The notes beneath the pieces are model-generated. The model made no database searches. It was not told where the DNA came from and worked only from the letters and a program-made list of their open reading frames with translations. From contig NZ_AP013043.1 of the NCBI RefSeq assembly GCF_016592615.1, positions 570,001 through 602,000 on the forward strand: a DNA stretch of 32,000 bases, written 5' to 3'. Shown piece after piece: positions 9,092 to 18,483 of the stretch. The position numbers were made by a program, and so were the translations under genes. The stretch is from Isorropodon fossajaponicum endosymbiont JTNG4. Its GTDB lineage: Bacteria; Pseudomonadota; Gammaproteobacteria; PS1; Pseudothioglobaceae. The first letter of the stretch is position 1; every line of letters starts with the position of its first letter.

Positions 9092-9415
9092 TTGTTTGTT
9101 GCTTGGCAGTACGCATTTAATTTATACACCAGTATTGTTATTAGTGTATTACTTGTTGCACATTGGTATTATTTGAATAGGCAAATTTTATTACTAACAA
9201 ACAATGCCATTAAAGAAATCAACCTTACCAAAGGCTTAGTTAAAACAACAAATAACCATCATCAGACTCATGAATATCCTCAAGCTTATTGTGTATATCA
9301 ATCTAGATTTTTAGTAATAATCAACCTTGGTAAGCAGTCACTGGTGATTTTTAAAGACTCTGTTGCCAATCACTCATTATCACAACTCAATAGGATTTTA
9401 AATGCTGAGCACTGA
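9092..9415 (+). CDS. small membrane protein, YgfX/CptA-like (tentative)
   Basis: The pattern resembles E. coli YgfX: hydrophobic N-terminus, then IKEINL...SLVIFKDSVANHSLSQLNRIL (compare ...HLWLAADSMDEAEWRDLRRIL). The similarity extends upstream in frame to 9023 (LKPSKSYFILSTLLHLLTLFVAW). That stretch has no ATG, GTG or TTG. Confidence 0.35.
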   Translation: MFVAWQYAFNLYTSIVISVLLVAHWYYLNRQILLLTNNAIKEINLTKGLVKTTNNHHQTHEYPQAYCVYQSRFLVIINLGKQSLVIFKDSVANHSLSQLNRILNAEH

Positions 9416-10442
9416 AGATACTCTTAAACTAAATGTTCTGATTGCCACCTCAATTGCAATTCGTATTGATACTTATAAATTGGTCGTCGTTGGACTCAAT
9501 GCACAATTCAAAGAACGAGTGATTGATTTAAACCCAACGGGTGATAGCGACGCCTATATTAAGGCAGTTAAAAAACTTCTGATTAACCAAATACTAGGTA
9601 CAATAGGTGGCTATCCATCGTATTTAAAACGCTGGTCAAGAATGGGGCAAGTAGCATCATCAAACCTTGCATCATTACTCAAGCTGGGCGAGGTTGAAGC
9701 AGTTGTGGCGGTGTCAAATGCAACCAACCTTGATAAAGATGTGCTAAAATTGGCTTGGTGGTGTGCCACTAATACTGACAATCAAGCCGAAATTGGACGC
9801 TTCCTGCTTACTAAAGATTTGTGTGTTAATACCGAAGTTGGCAAAGATATTGCCCACTATTTACTAGAGTTTTTGCCATTTACACAGGATGTAGAACAAT
9901 TAATTGATACCACTAATTTAATATTACAAAAAGATTTGATTAGCAAGGAAGAAAAGGCTAAATTATGGAAACAAGGTCAAAGGAAAACAGCAATTTTGGT
10001 TGGTTTTATTGAGCGCATGAAAAACAATCTACCCAGCAAAGTTAACATAATTTCGCTTGATTTCAAACATCAAGACCTGCAAATCGTTTCTAGCGAACAG
10101 GCGCAATTACTATTAGAAACTTCGATTCACATCTTAAAAAAAATCAACCAAGAAACTATTTTGTATCGCACATTGGACGCGCTTGGACAGTATTTATCTC
10201 ACCCCTTAATGACTTGTAAAGAATCTATTGACGATATTATTAATCAAGCCAATGTCATCACTCATGATGTCAAAGATGAAAAAGAAAAACTCTTTGCTAG
10301 AATGTTATTAGCAGGTGTGAGTGAACGCTTAGTCGTCAGTACCATTTCAGCGTACCATTTAACAGGCTCTGCTATTCGTAAAAAACTCTCTAATGTGCTT
10401 GAGCCTATTCAAAATGCTTTAAAATTACTAACAAACCAATAG
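9402..10442 (+). CDS. conserved-looking hypothetical protein (346 aa), function not assignable from sequence alone
   Basis: Long ORF with ordinary codon usage. Its start overlaps the stop of the preceding ORF by 14 nt. Confidence 0.6.
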   Translation: MLSTEDTLKLNVLIATSIAIRIDTYKLVVVGLNAQFKERVIDLNPTGDSDAYIKAVKKLLINQILGTIGGYPSYLKRWSRMGQVASSNLASLLKLGEVEAVVAVSNATNLDKDVLKLAWWCATNTDNQAEIGRFLLTKDLCVNTEVGKDIAHYLLEFLPFTQDVEQLIDTTNLILQKDLISKEEKAKLWKQGQRKTAILVGFIERMKNNLPSKVNIISLDFKHQDLQIVSSEQAQLLLETSIHILKKINQETILYRTLDALGQYLSHPLMTCKESIDDIINQANVITHDVKDEKEKLFARMLLAGVSERLVVSTISAYHLTGSAIRKKLSNVLEPIQNALKLLTNQ

Positions 10443-10618
10443 CATTCAAATCTATGCGCTACAGAAAATGCAGGCATTATTATATTCCTGCCTATAAAGT
10501 CCAACCTGAATAACCAACAATCTATTGATACAACAATACAAAACACCATTTTTCATTGGCAAAAATTGCAACTTTTTGGTAAAATAGACCCCAATTCCTT
10601 GCAAATATTTTGTCAAAA

Positions 10619-11678
10619 ATGAAGCCTAAAAATACCCTCATACCTCAAGATGATTTGTTTAAAAATCGACTTGAAAATATGATTGATACTAAACACAAAT
10701 TAGTTGCTCTATCAAAGCTAATTGATTGACAAAGCTTTGACAAAGCTTTGATCAAGACTGGGGCAGTTGTTTCTCTCAGACCAAGGTGCGCCAGCCATAC
10801 CAACAAGAATGATTGCAGGGTTGCATTACCTTAAGCACCTTTATGATTTATCTGATGAACAAGTTGTTGAACGTTGGGTTGAGAATCCGTACTGGCAGTA
10901 CTTTACTGGTGAACATTTCTTCTTACACATTCTGCCCATCCATCCAACGTCAATGACCAAATAGCGTAATCTCCTTGGCAAAGACGGTGTTGAAAAGCTA
11001 TTAGTGGAAACCATCAATACTGGACTTAAAAGCAAAACCATCAAACCAAGCAGTTTGACAAAAGTAACGGTTGATAGTACTGTACAAGAGAAGAATATCA
11101 CCTTCCCAACCGACTCAAAGTTGTTTAACAAAGCTAGAATAAATTTAGTCAAAGTCGCCAAAGCACACAACATCAATCTCAGACAAAATTATAATCGAAA
11201 ATGCAAAACCTATGCCTTAATGGCAGGACGCTATGCGCACGCTAAGCAATTCAAAAGAATGCGGGCAATGAATAAGAAATTAAAGAGCAGACTGGGTAGA
11301 ATTGTTCGAGACATTGAACGCCAATTACCAGTAGACAATCCATTGCTGCAACAAGCCTTTAATCTGGGTTTAGCGCAAGCCAAGCAACTGATTAACCAAC
11401 AACAAAATAGCAAAGGCAAGCTCTATTCATTACACGCCCCAGAAGCTGAGTGTATCAGCAAAGGCAAGGCGCACAAAAAGTATGAGTTTGGGATTAAGGC
11501 ATCAATTGCTGTTACCAACAAAGGTGAAATGGGTGATATGCAAAATGTTATTTTATGTGCTAGTGGGCACAACTTAAGGAAGATTCTTAATAAGTTGGTA
11601 GATTCTTCTAGGGATTTTTTGTCTCAATTTACAGAGCCTGGTTTTGGATTGTGGACGGGCTTAAAAGACCAAACATAG
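10619..11678 (+). pseudogene. IS5-family transposase, multiply disrupted
   Basis: MKPKNTLIPQDDLFKNRLENMID...LID then TGA at 10727-10729, where Trp is expected. There is an 11-bp tandem duplication and a further frameshift before ...DQGAPAIPTRMIAGLHYLKHLYDLSDEQVVERWVENPYWQYFTG. An internal deletion near 11527 joins ...IAVTNKGEM to GD...ASGHNLRKILNKL, removing most of the DDE core. Confidence 0.8.
10728..10749 (+). repeat. 11-bp perfect tandem duplication (GACAAAGCTTT x2) inside the IS5 transposase pseudogene
   Basis: Read directly: GACAAAGCTTT at 10728-10738 and again at 10739-10749. Confidence 0.9.
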
Positions 11679-11752
11679 TGCCATTGGCTGGTTAAGTTTT
11701 TGGTTTATTCAGGTTGGACTACTTAATCGCCCGATAATTAATTGAAAATATC

Positions 11753-12442
11753 TTGATCAAAATATTTTATATAATCTACACTATTTTTAATAAAAAAAGT
11801 GATAATATAAAATATAGTATTAATTTAAAAATACCAAAAGGCACTGTTGACTATTTAAACGCTGGTAACTTTGAATTACAAATTTTCAAAGGGGTGGTTA
11901 CTCCAAGCAATAGTAATGTTTCGACATGCGTTTGGGCAAAAGTAGCTTTTCCAATTGAAACCATTAACATTTCGTGGGATGAAAATTACAATGGGTATTT
12001 TAGCACCTCAGCTCTTAACCCTGGTGTTACTATTAATATGAGTAACTATGATGAAATGGATTTAGGTCAGAGATACAATTTAACTAAAACGGGAAGTGCT
12101 CATATAGAAAAAAGTTCTCAACTAGACGCATATGAATTTATGATGGAAAAAGAAGAAGCAAGAAGGAATTGGGCTTGCCGGGGATAGCGAGCGTTAGTAA
12201 AACTCCTAATAATACAGATTTGGTTCCGCTTGTAGGGGTTGATATTAAGGTAACCTTTACTTATTTTATGTCACCTCATGAAAAAATATTAATGTTCTTC
12301 TCTATTGAAAAAATGGATCTTGGGACTGTAAGACTTTTATCTGAAGGTGATTGCATTATGATGGATTTTCCAGCCGATGATAGGAGTATTGGTCTTCTTT
12401 TTTGATGCAGATGATGGGTGGAGTTCTAAAAACTTTCATTTC
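11753..12442 (+). pseudogene. unknown gene broken into three overlapping frame fragments; N-terminus possibly removed by the IS5 relic
   Basis: ORFs 11753-12187, 12169-12405 and 12377-... overlap end to end in different frames, the pattern a frameshifted single gene gives. No family recognised. No ATG precedes the first convincing coding stretch (NLKIPKGTVDYLNAG...). Confidence 0.3.
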
Positions 12443-12892
12443 ATGGATTATCATTTAATTCATCAAGATTCAATTGGCATTGTCTTGGACAATGCACGCC
12501 AATATCGAGCTTTACGCGAACCAGATTTGGCAATTAGTATTCATATTGATGCGATTGCGTTGAGTGATAATCAAGATGCTTTGGTGGTCTATATTTTGGC
12601 TTTAACAGACCAGTATTCACATGACGGTACTAAAGTAAAAGATAAGAAAATTATCCAAACCATTGCTAAATTAGACTCAGAATTTCATCGGCATTATTAC
12701 ACAGGGATTTTTCTTGAGCGAAAAGCTAGGGCCTGGCTTAAAAACCCAATGTCTCAATCTTTTGCTTATGAGGGGTTAATAGAGGCAATTGGTCAGTATG
12801 AAATGGCTGAAAAAATAGCACCATCTCATTGTTCAGACCCTATTTTGCGTTATAACAGTTGCCTTAGAACCATTGAGAAGGAACGTTTGTAG
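12443..12892 (+). CDS. hypothetical protein (about 150 aa from ATG 12443)
   Basis: In-frame ATG within ORF 12377-12892. The sequence from MDYHLIHQDSIGIVLDNARQYRAL... looks like a separate helical protein. Family not recognised. Confidence 0.4.
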   Translation: MDYHLIHQDSIGIVLDNARQYRALREPDLAISIHIDAIALSDNQDALVVYILALTDQYSHDGTKVKDKKIIQTIAKLDSEFHRHYYTGIFLERKARAWLKNPMSQSFAYEGLIEAIGQYEMAEKIAPSHCSDPILRYNSCLRTIEKERL

Positions 12893-12908
12893 TCTAGAGT
12901 GGAGTTTG

Positions 12909-13496
12909 ATGAGCTTTACTAGTGCTACTTTAAAAAAACTGATGGCCTTTGCAGGGCTTTTTTGGTTTTCTTATATTATTTTTCACATGCTAAGCTTGTT
13001 AAATTTTCACTTTGGCCAAAGTGCTTTTGATGGTTTTTATGATTGGCTTAACCAGTTGTTGGCTTACTATTTAATGGTACTAATATTGATTGTGTTGCTT
13101 GGTTTTCATGTTATTGTGGCATTGTCTCGTCAACTTGTTAATAATATTAGCAAAGGGCAGGCTTATCAAAAATCTTATCCTCAGGGCGTTCCTAGATTTG
13201 TTGCTTGGACTGGCGCTGGTACGTTATTTGTGTTTATCATTTTTCATTTTATACAGATGAAATTTTCAGGTGAGCCGAGTTTGTACCAATGTATGGTTGA
13301 GTTATTCTCCCAACCTGTGATGTTAGTAATTTACACACTAGGTGTGATAACGCTTAGTGCGCACCTACATCATGCGTTGCCTAGCGTATTGCAAACGTTA
13401 GGCATTTCAAGCAAACCCTACCATTTAGTGGTTATTTTGCTTGTATTAATTTTGTTGGTTGGTTTTATTTCTATTCCAATGAGTGTGGTTTTATGA
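12909..13496 (+). CDS. sdhC: succinate dehydrogenase/fumarate reductase cytochrome b subunit (five-helix b558-type)
   Basis: About 195 aa with multiple TM helices and conserved His residues. GGAG lies 4 nt upstream of ATG 12909. The stop overlaps the ATG of the sdhA remnant (ATGA at 13493-13496). Confidence 0.6.
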   Translation: MSFTSATLKKLMAFAGLFWFSYIIFHMLSLLNFHFGQSAFDGFYDWLNQLLAYYLMVLILIVLLGFHVIVALSRQLVNNISKGQAYQKSYPQGVPRFVAWTGAGTLFVFIIFHFIQMKFSGEPSLYQCMVELFSQPVMLVIYTLGVITLSAHLHHALPSVLQTLGISSKPYHLVVILLVLILLVGFISIPMSVVL

Positions 13497-13855
13497 GTCA
13501 ATTAAATTCAAACGAACCTGTTGGGCCTTTAGAAAATCGCTGGAAAAAGCACGTATTTGATTTAGCATTAATCGCACCACAAAATTGAAAAAAGCACAAA
13601 ATTATTGTGATTGGCATAGGGCTTGCAGGTAGTTCATTATCTGCAACACTGAGTGAAGCTGGCTAAAAGGTAAGCTCATTTTGTTTTCAAGATTTTGCTA
13701 GGCGGGCGCATTCTATTGCTGCTCAAGGCGGGATTAATGCCACTAAAAATTATCAAAATGATGGCGATAGCGTGCGGCGTTTGTTTTATGACACCATAAA
13801 AGGCGGGGATTTTAGAGTAAGAGAGCCTAATGTTTATCAAACAAGTCACACATAG
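13493..13855 (+). pseudogene. sdhA: succinate dehydrogenase/fumarate reductase flavoprotein subunit, N-terminal about 118 codons only, two nonsense codons
   Basis: KHKIIVIGIGLAGSSLSATLSEAG(stop)KV...[47 protein letters not shown] is the FAD-binding N-terminus. In-frame TGA at 13586-13588 and TAA at 13664-13666. Similarity ends near 13845. Confidence 0.75.
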
Positions 13856-13966
13856 GTGTCTTACTTAGCATCTCTTGCTAAAGCTTGTAGTAGTTGATTG
13901 CCAGTTTCATCACCTGCTTGTTCTCCTATTGTGAGTGTGCAATGCTCTAACCTACTTGGACACATT

Positions 13967-14695
13967 TCAAGCCGCTTTTTTCAATTCAGCCATCTTTTGA
14001 GCAGGTGTTAAATACCCAATCGCTGAATGAATCCTTTTGTAATTATACAAGTAGATATAACCCTCTACATTTTGCACGACTTCACTATGATTTGCAAAAC
14101 TTTGATAATTTAATCTCTCAGTCTTCAGACTTCTAAAGAAACGCTCCATGACCGCATTATCCCAACAATTACCTCGCCTGCTCATGCTTTGAGTAATGTT
14201 GTTCTTGTTGCAATAATCAATAAAAACTTTAGAAGAGTATTGAGTCCCTTGATCAGAGTGGAACATGTGTTTATTTGTATTGGGCTGGTGTCTAGACACA
14301 GCATTACTAAGCGCATCCTTTGCCAACTGAGCATTAGGCTGTTTTGACAATGCCCAACCAACAACTTGTCTTGAGCCTAAATCCAACACACTGGCTAAAT
14401 AACTCCCACCTTGATAGGTTTTGATATAGGTAATATCACCAACCCAATGCGTATTAATTGATTGCTGCTCAAACACACGATTTAATAGGTTTTTTGCCTT
14501 TTTAAACATCAATCTAGTATTAGGGTAATAATGACGCTTTCTTGGGCGTATGGCAACTACATTGGCTTTTTTCATTAGCGTTGCAGTTTGGTAAATACCA
14601 ATGTTATAACCTTGGTTATTCAAAACTACTCGCATTCTGCGTTTGCCATAGGTGTATCCAACTTCAATAGCAGTTTGTTTGATTAATTTAATCAT
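13967..14695 (-). CDS. ISb OrfB transposase (DDE core, 242-aa reinitiation ORF)
   Basis: WVGDITYI ... [10 protein letters not shown] ... [11 protein letters not shown] ... [15 protein letters not shown] is the IS3-family rve domain. Confidence 0.85.
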   Translation of the reverse strand: MIKLIKQTAIEVGYTYGKRRMRVVLNNQGYNIGIYQTATLMKKANVVAIRPRKRHYYPNTRLMFKKAKNLLNRVFEQQSINTHWVGDITYIKTYQGGSYLASVLDLGSRQVVGWALSKQPNAQLAKDALSNAVSRHQPNTNKHMFHSDQGTQYSSKVFIDYCNKNNITQSMSRRGNCWDNAVMERFFRSLKTERLNYQSFANHSEVVQNVEGYIYLYNYKRIHSAIGYLTPAQKMAELKKAA

Positions 14696-14820
14696 AGCGT
14701 TGGTGTTGTTGTTTACTCGCTTATCTTTGACTTGATAGTAATAACTACTGCGAGGAAGTTTGAGTAATGCTCATAATTCTTTAGTATTGTATTGTTGGCA
14801 AGCCTTGTTTATCTTGATAA

Positions 14821-15084
14821 TCATATCACTTGGTGATTGTCCACAGCGAACAAGGCTGTTGCCTTTTTTAAGATTTCATTGTCCCTTTGTGCGCGCCAAA
14901 GTTGTTTCTCAAGCAGTTGTATTGTTTGTTGTTCAGAAGTCAGCGCTTTGCCTGACTCTGGTGTTTGTCCACCAAGCTCTGCTAGGTATTGTTTTCTCCA
15001 TCTGCTAACTGCTGAGGAGCAAGCTCCTGATATTATCATGATTTTTTTTATTGGTGTAATTCTCATGCACCATGAGTTTGGCAT
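14821..15084 (-). CDS. ISb OrfA (partial frame)
   Basis: Identical 87-aa product to copies 1 and 3. The T8 run at 15042-15049 is A8 on the coding strand. Confidence 0.7.
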   Translation of the reverse strand: MPNSWCMRITPIKKIMIISGACSSAVSRWRKQYLAELGGQTPESGKALTSEQQTIQLLEKQLWRAQRDNEILKKATALFAVDNHQVI

Positions 15085-15236
15085 AATCTAGTGTTCCCCC
15101 TCAAGGGGGTATTGAACAGAATGTTCAACGGTAAAAGTCACTCGTTGTTTTCTTGATTTATATTGTGTCATTACTGACCTCCTTATGGTTTGTATTATAA
15201 GGCTATCTTTGTGTCCAATAAAATTAGACTATTGCA

Positions 15237-15988
15237 CCGGCTCACATGCTATAGGTAAGTGGGTAAATAAACCACAGACTGGTTATATCAGTGATTATGA
15301 TGTTTTAGTGATTGTTAATCAATTTGACTTTGGTCATAAATTATGACTTGTGGGATACCATTGAGGATAAAGTTAGAATCTTCTTGCCACCACCTTTTAA
15401 GCTAGAGTGTAATTTAATTGTACACACCTTGGACGAGGTAAACAGTGCCTTAAAAGAAGGACAATACTTCTTTACTGATATTAAAGAGCAAGGGATCATT
15501 TTCTATATGAGTTAAGTAGAAAAGAATTGGCAATACCGGAGGACTTAACCCAAGAAAAATGCAAAAAGATGGCGGTTCGAGATTATGAGTGCTGGTTTGG
15601 TATTGGAAGTGATTTTTTTGAACAATACCAACACACATTCAAACGCAAAAAGTTAAATGTAGTAGCCTTTGAACTCCATCAAACTACTGGACACTATTAT
15701 TCTTGCTTATCTTTAGTGCTAACTCAATACAAACCCTATACTCATAATTTAAAACAACTTAGCTCAATGGCAATCCATCAAAATGAAGTATTAATTGATA
15801 TCTTTCCACAAGATGATAAGTTTAAACGTCGTTGTTTCCAGTTACTTAAACAAGCCTATGTTAAAGCACGTTACTCGGAACATTATAAAATCAAAGAAGA
15901 GGAATTAAACTAATTAAGTGAAAGAGTGATTCACTTACAAGCTTTAACCAGACGGCTTTGTGGAGAAAAGATTAAGTCGTTTGATTAA
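15237..15988 (+). pseudogene. nucleotidyltransferase (MNT-like) plus HEPN domain protein, N-terminally truncated by ISb, with at least 2 frameshifts and an internal stop
   Basis: GSHAIGKWVN...GYISDYDVLVIVN (NTase), then DLWDTIEDKV...IVHTLDEVNSALKEGQYFFTDIKEQGIIFY in another frame. Then ELSRKELAIPEDL...AFELHQTTGHYYSCLSLVLTQYKPYTHNLKQL...LKQAYVKARYSEHYKIKEEELN (HEPN-like). TAA at 15911-15913, then the frame continues LSERVIHLQALTRRLCGEKIKSFD to TAA at 15986-15988. Confidence 0.6.
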
Positions 15989-16038
15989 CTCGTGTATCGG
16001 GTTTTTATGACAGATAAATCAAGCGTAGGTTGTTTTGA

Positions 16039-16281
<243 letters not shown>

Positions 16282-16392
16282 CTAAAAAAGTTGTAACAAC
16301 AAATTTATTTGTCTTATTTTACCGTACTGTTGGTATCTTGTCTAATCAGTTTTTAGGTATCATAATTGTTTTTCATCAACCATATTATTAAT

Positions 16393-17133
16393 ATGATATA
16401 TCGCTTATTCTTACTGTTAGCATTGATTATTTCACTGCCATCACAAGCCAAATTAGAAGAGGGTTTGTATGCCAATTTACACACCAATCAAGGGGATATT
16501 ATTGTCAAACTTGAGTTTGAAAAAACACCACTAACCGTGATTAATTTTGTGGGTTTAGCGCAAGGCAAAAAGCACTCAAACATTCAAATCGGAAAACCTT
16601 TTTACAATGGCTTAAAATTTCATCGAGTGATTGATAGTTTTATGGTTCAAGGAGGCGACCCAAAAGGCAATGGCACTGGTGGTCCAGGTTATCAATTTAT
16701 GGATGAAATTACCGACCTGAAACATGATGGTGGCGGTATTTTATCCATGGCAAATTCTGGCCCTAATACTAATGGCTCGCAATTTTTTATCACTCATAAA
16801 ACCACACCTTGGCTAGACGGCAAGCACACTATCTTTGGTCGTGTTGTTAAAGGTATGAATGTGGTTAATCGTATTAAACAAGATGACTTTATTCGCAAAG
16901 TTAATATTATTCGTATTGGCGACAAAGCAAAAAACTTTCAAACTGACGAAGCGGCATTTCAAGCAACTAATGCAAAATACACAAGTAAAGAAGAGCAACA
17001 ACTGACTCAGAAAAGACAGAGCTTAGTCAAATTTGTCAACCAAACCTATCCAAATACCAAACTGATGACAGCAGGACATCTTGTTGAAATTAACCAAATA
17101 GGTAAAGGCAATCAACCCAAAAAAAAGATTTAG
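16393..17133 (+). CDS. periplasmic cyclophilin-type peptidyl-prolyl isomerase, ending at a poly(A) frameshift
   Basis: Signal peptide [19 protein letters not shown]. Cyclophilin core [15 protein letters not shown]...GGPGYQF.DE...[19 protein letters not shown]...[11 protein letters not shown] prefer ATG 16393 to the track's TTG at 16366. Confidence 0.85.
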   Translation: MIYRLFLLLALIISLPSQAKLEEGLYANLHTNQGDIIVKLEFEKTPLTVINFVGLAQGKKHSNIQIGKPFYNGLKFHRVIDSFMVQGGDPKGNGTGGPGYQFMDEITDLKHDGGGILSMANSGPNTNGSQFFITHKTTPWLDGKHTIFGRVVKGMNVVNRIKQDDFIRKVNIIRIGDKAKNFQTDEAAFQATNAKYTSKEEQQLTQKRQSLVKFVNQTYPNTKLMTAGHLVEINQIGKGNQPKKKI

Positions 17134-17390
17134 TTAAGGTTAATTTATCCATTGATTTAGGCGATGGAACAAGTATGCGAAAAGCTGAAAAACCATTGCC
17201 GTTTGCTGCAGGTTCTGGCACTATTATCAAACTTATTGATGATGAAGTACTGCAAATGACACCTGGTGAAAAGCGCACCATTATCGCCCCTTTTAACCAA
17301 ATTTATGGCAACAGCAAGCGTGGTAATCTCTCTCAAGACTCTATTTTAATTTTTAAGTTAGAGTTGTTATCAATTAACGACATTCACTAA
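17127..17390 (+). pseudogene. FKBP-like PPIase domain, out-of-frame continuation of the cyclophilin gene
   Basis: [55 protein letters not shown]...SILIFKLELLSI follows the FKBP pattern (G.G.VI.G.DE....M..GEKR....P....S.L.F.VELL.I). The frame is open from 17106. One extra A in the A8 run (17119-17126) would fuse it to the upstream ORF. Confidence 0.55.
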
Positions 17391-17395
17391 ACTCT

Positions 17396-18481
17396 ATGTT
17401 TTTAGAATTAATCAACTTTCTTGCTCAGTTTGACGCTGGATTTAGCGTCTTAAACTACTTAACTGTTCGAGCTGTACTGGCCATGCTAAGCGCTTTGTTT
17501 ATTAGTCTTATGCTAGGGCGTGTTTTTATTAATCGCTTGCAACAATACCAAATTGGACAAATTATTAGGACTGATGGCCCTGAATCACATCTAATCAAAG
17601 CAGGCACGCCAACCATGGGTGGCATACTGATTTTATTTGCATTTATGGTTAGTGTTTTAATTTGGGGTGATTGGTCTAATATCCATCTATGGATTGTTAT
17701 TGTCACTGCTATTATATTTGGCGCTATTGGTTTTACGGATGATTATCTCAAAATCAGACATAAATCATCAAACGGTTTAAGTTCTTCAATAAAATTTCTA
17801 ACTCAATCATTAGGTGCTATTGTGATCAGTACTTGGGTTGTGCTAATCTCTCAAGATTCTATTCAAACGCAATTACTTATCCCATTTTTTAAAGATGCAA
17901 TGCTACCATTAGGTGTTGTTGGTTTTTTAATATTGTCATATTTTGTCATTGTTGGGAGTTCTAATGCGGTTAATTTAACTGATGGTTTAGACGGCCTTGC
18001 CATTATGCCGGTCATACTTATATCAGGTGCGTTGGCTATTTTTGCCTATCTTAGTGGTCATTATAATTTTTCAAGTTATCTTAATATGTCCTTCATGCCA
18101 GGCACTGGTGAATTGTTTGTTATTTGTGCAGCACTCATTGGTGCTGGATTGGGATTTTTGTGGTTTAACACCTATCCTGCTGAAATCTTTATGGGCGATG
18201 TGGGTTCGTTGTCTTTAGGTGCTATTTTGGCAGTCATTGCTATTTTAATTCGCCAAGAGATTTTATTATTTATTATGGGCGGTGTGTTTGTGGCTGAAAC
18301 CTTATCTGTGATTATTCAAGTAGGCTATTACAAGCGATATAAGAAACGTATTTTCCTAATGGCGCCTCTTCACCACCACTTTGAAAAAAAAGGCATGTCT
18401 GAGCCAAAAATTATCGTGCGTTTTTGGATGGTGACTTTAATCTTAGTACTGGTTAGCTTGGCATCTATTAAAATACGCTAA
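17396..18481 (+). CDS. mraY: phospho-N-acetylmuramoyl-pentapeptide transferase
   Basis: 361 aa, colinear with E. coli MraY: [55 protein letters not shown]. Confidence 0.92.
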   Translation: MFLELINFLAQFDAGFSVLNYLTVRAVLAMLSALFISLMLGRVFINRLQQYQIGQIIRTDGPESHLIKAGTPTMGGILILFAFMVSVLIWGDWSNIHLWIVIVTAIIFGAIGFTDDYLKIRHKSSNGLSSSIKFLTQSLGAIVISTWVVLISQDSIQTQLLIPFFKDAMLPLGVVGFLILSYFVIVGSSNAVNLTDGLDGLAIMPVILISGALAIFAYLSGHYNFSSYLNMSFMPGTGELFVICAALIGAGLGFLWFNTYPAEIFMGDVGSLSLGAILAVIAILIRQEILLFIMGGVFVAETLSVIIQVGYYKRYKKRIFLMAPLHHHFEKKGMSEPKIIVRFWMVTLILVLVSLASIKIR

Positions 18482-18483
18482 TT

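Larger units (their letters stand above)
10498..11720 (+). mobile_element. IS5-family element, degenerate relic
   Basis: Terminal inverted repeats: AGTCCAACCTGAATAACCAA (10498-10517) and TTGGTTTATTCAGGTTGGACT (11700-11720). They enclose a broken IS5-type (DUF772 plus DDE) transposase gene. Confidence 0.8.
13938..15236 (-). mobile_element. IS3-family element ISb, copy 2 (full length, both IRs)
   Basis: Right IR TGCAATGCTCTAACCTACTTGGACAC starts at 13938. Left IR (reverse complement TGCAATAGTCTAATTTTATTGGACAC) ends at 15236. 1299 bp, which is 1 bp shorter than copy 3 (GGGGGAACAC versus GGGGGAAACAC near 15094). Confidence 0.9.

Noticed and set aside
13861-13937. Orphan 25-codon minus-strand coding tail (TIGEQAGDETGNQLLQALARDAK-stop) abutting ISb copy 2; tested whether it joins 23043-23112 (left flank of copy 3) into one gene, as an inversion model predicts
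   Set aside because: The joined frame is open, but it is only about 48 codons with no start codon. The flanking trinucleotides (TAC versus CAC) do not form a TSD. This is within chance for so short a stretch.
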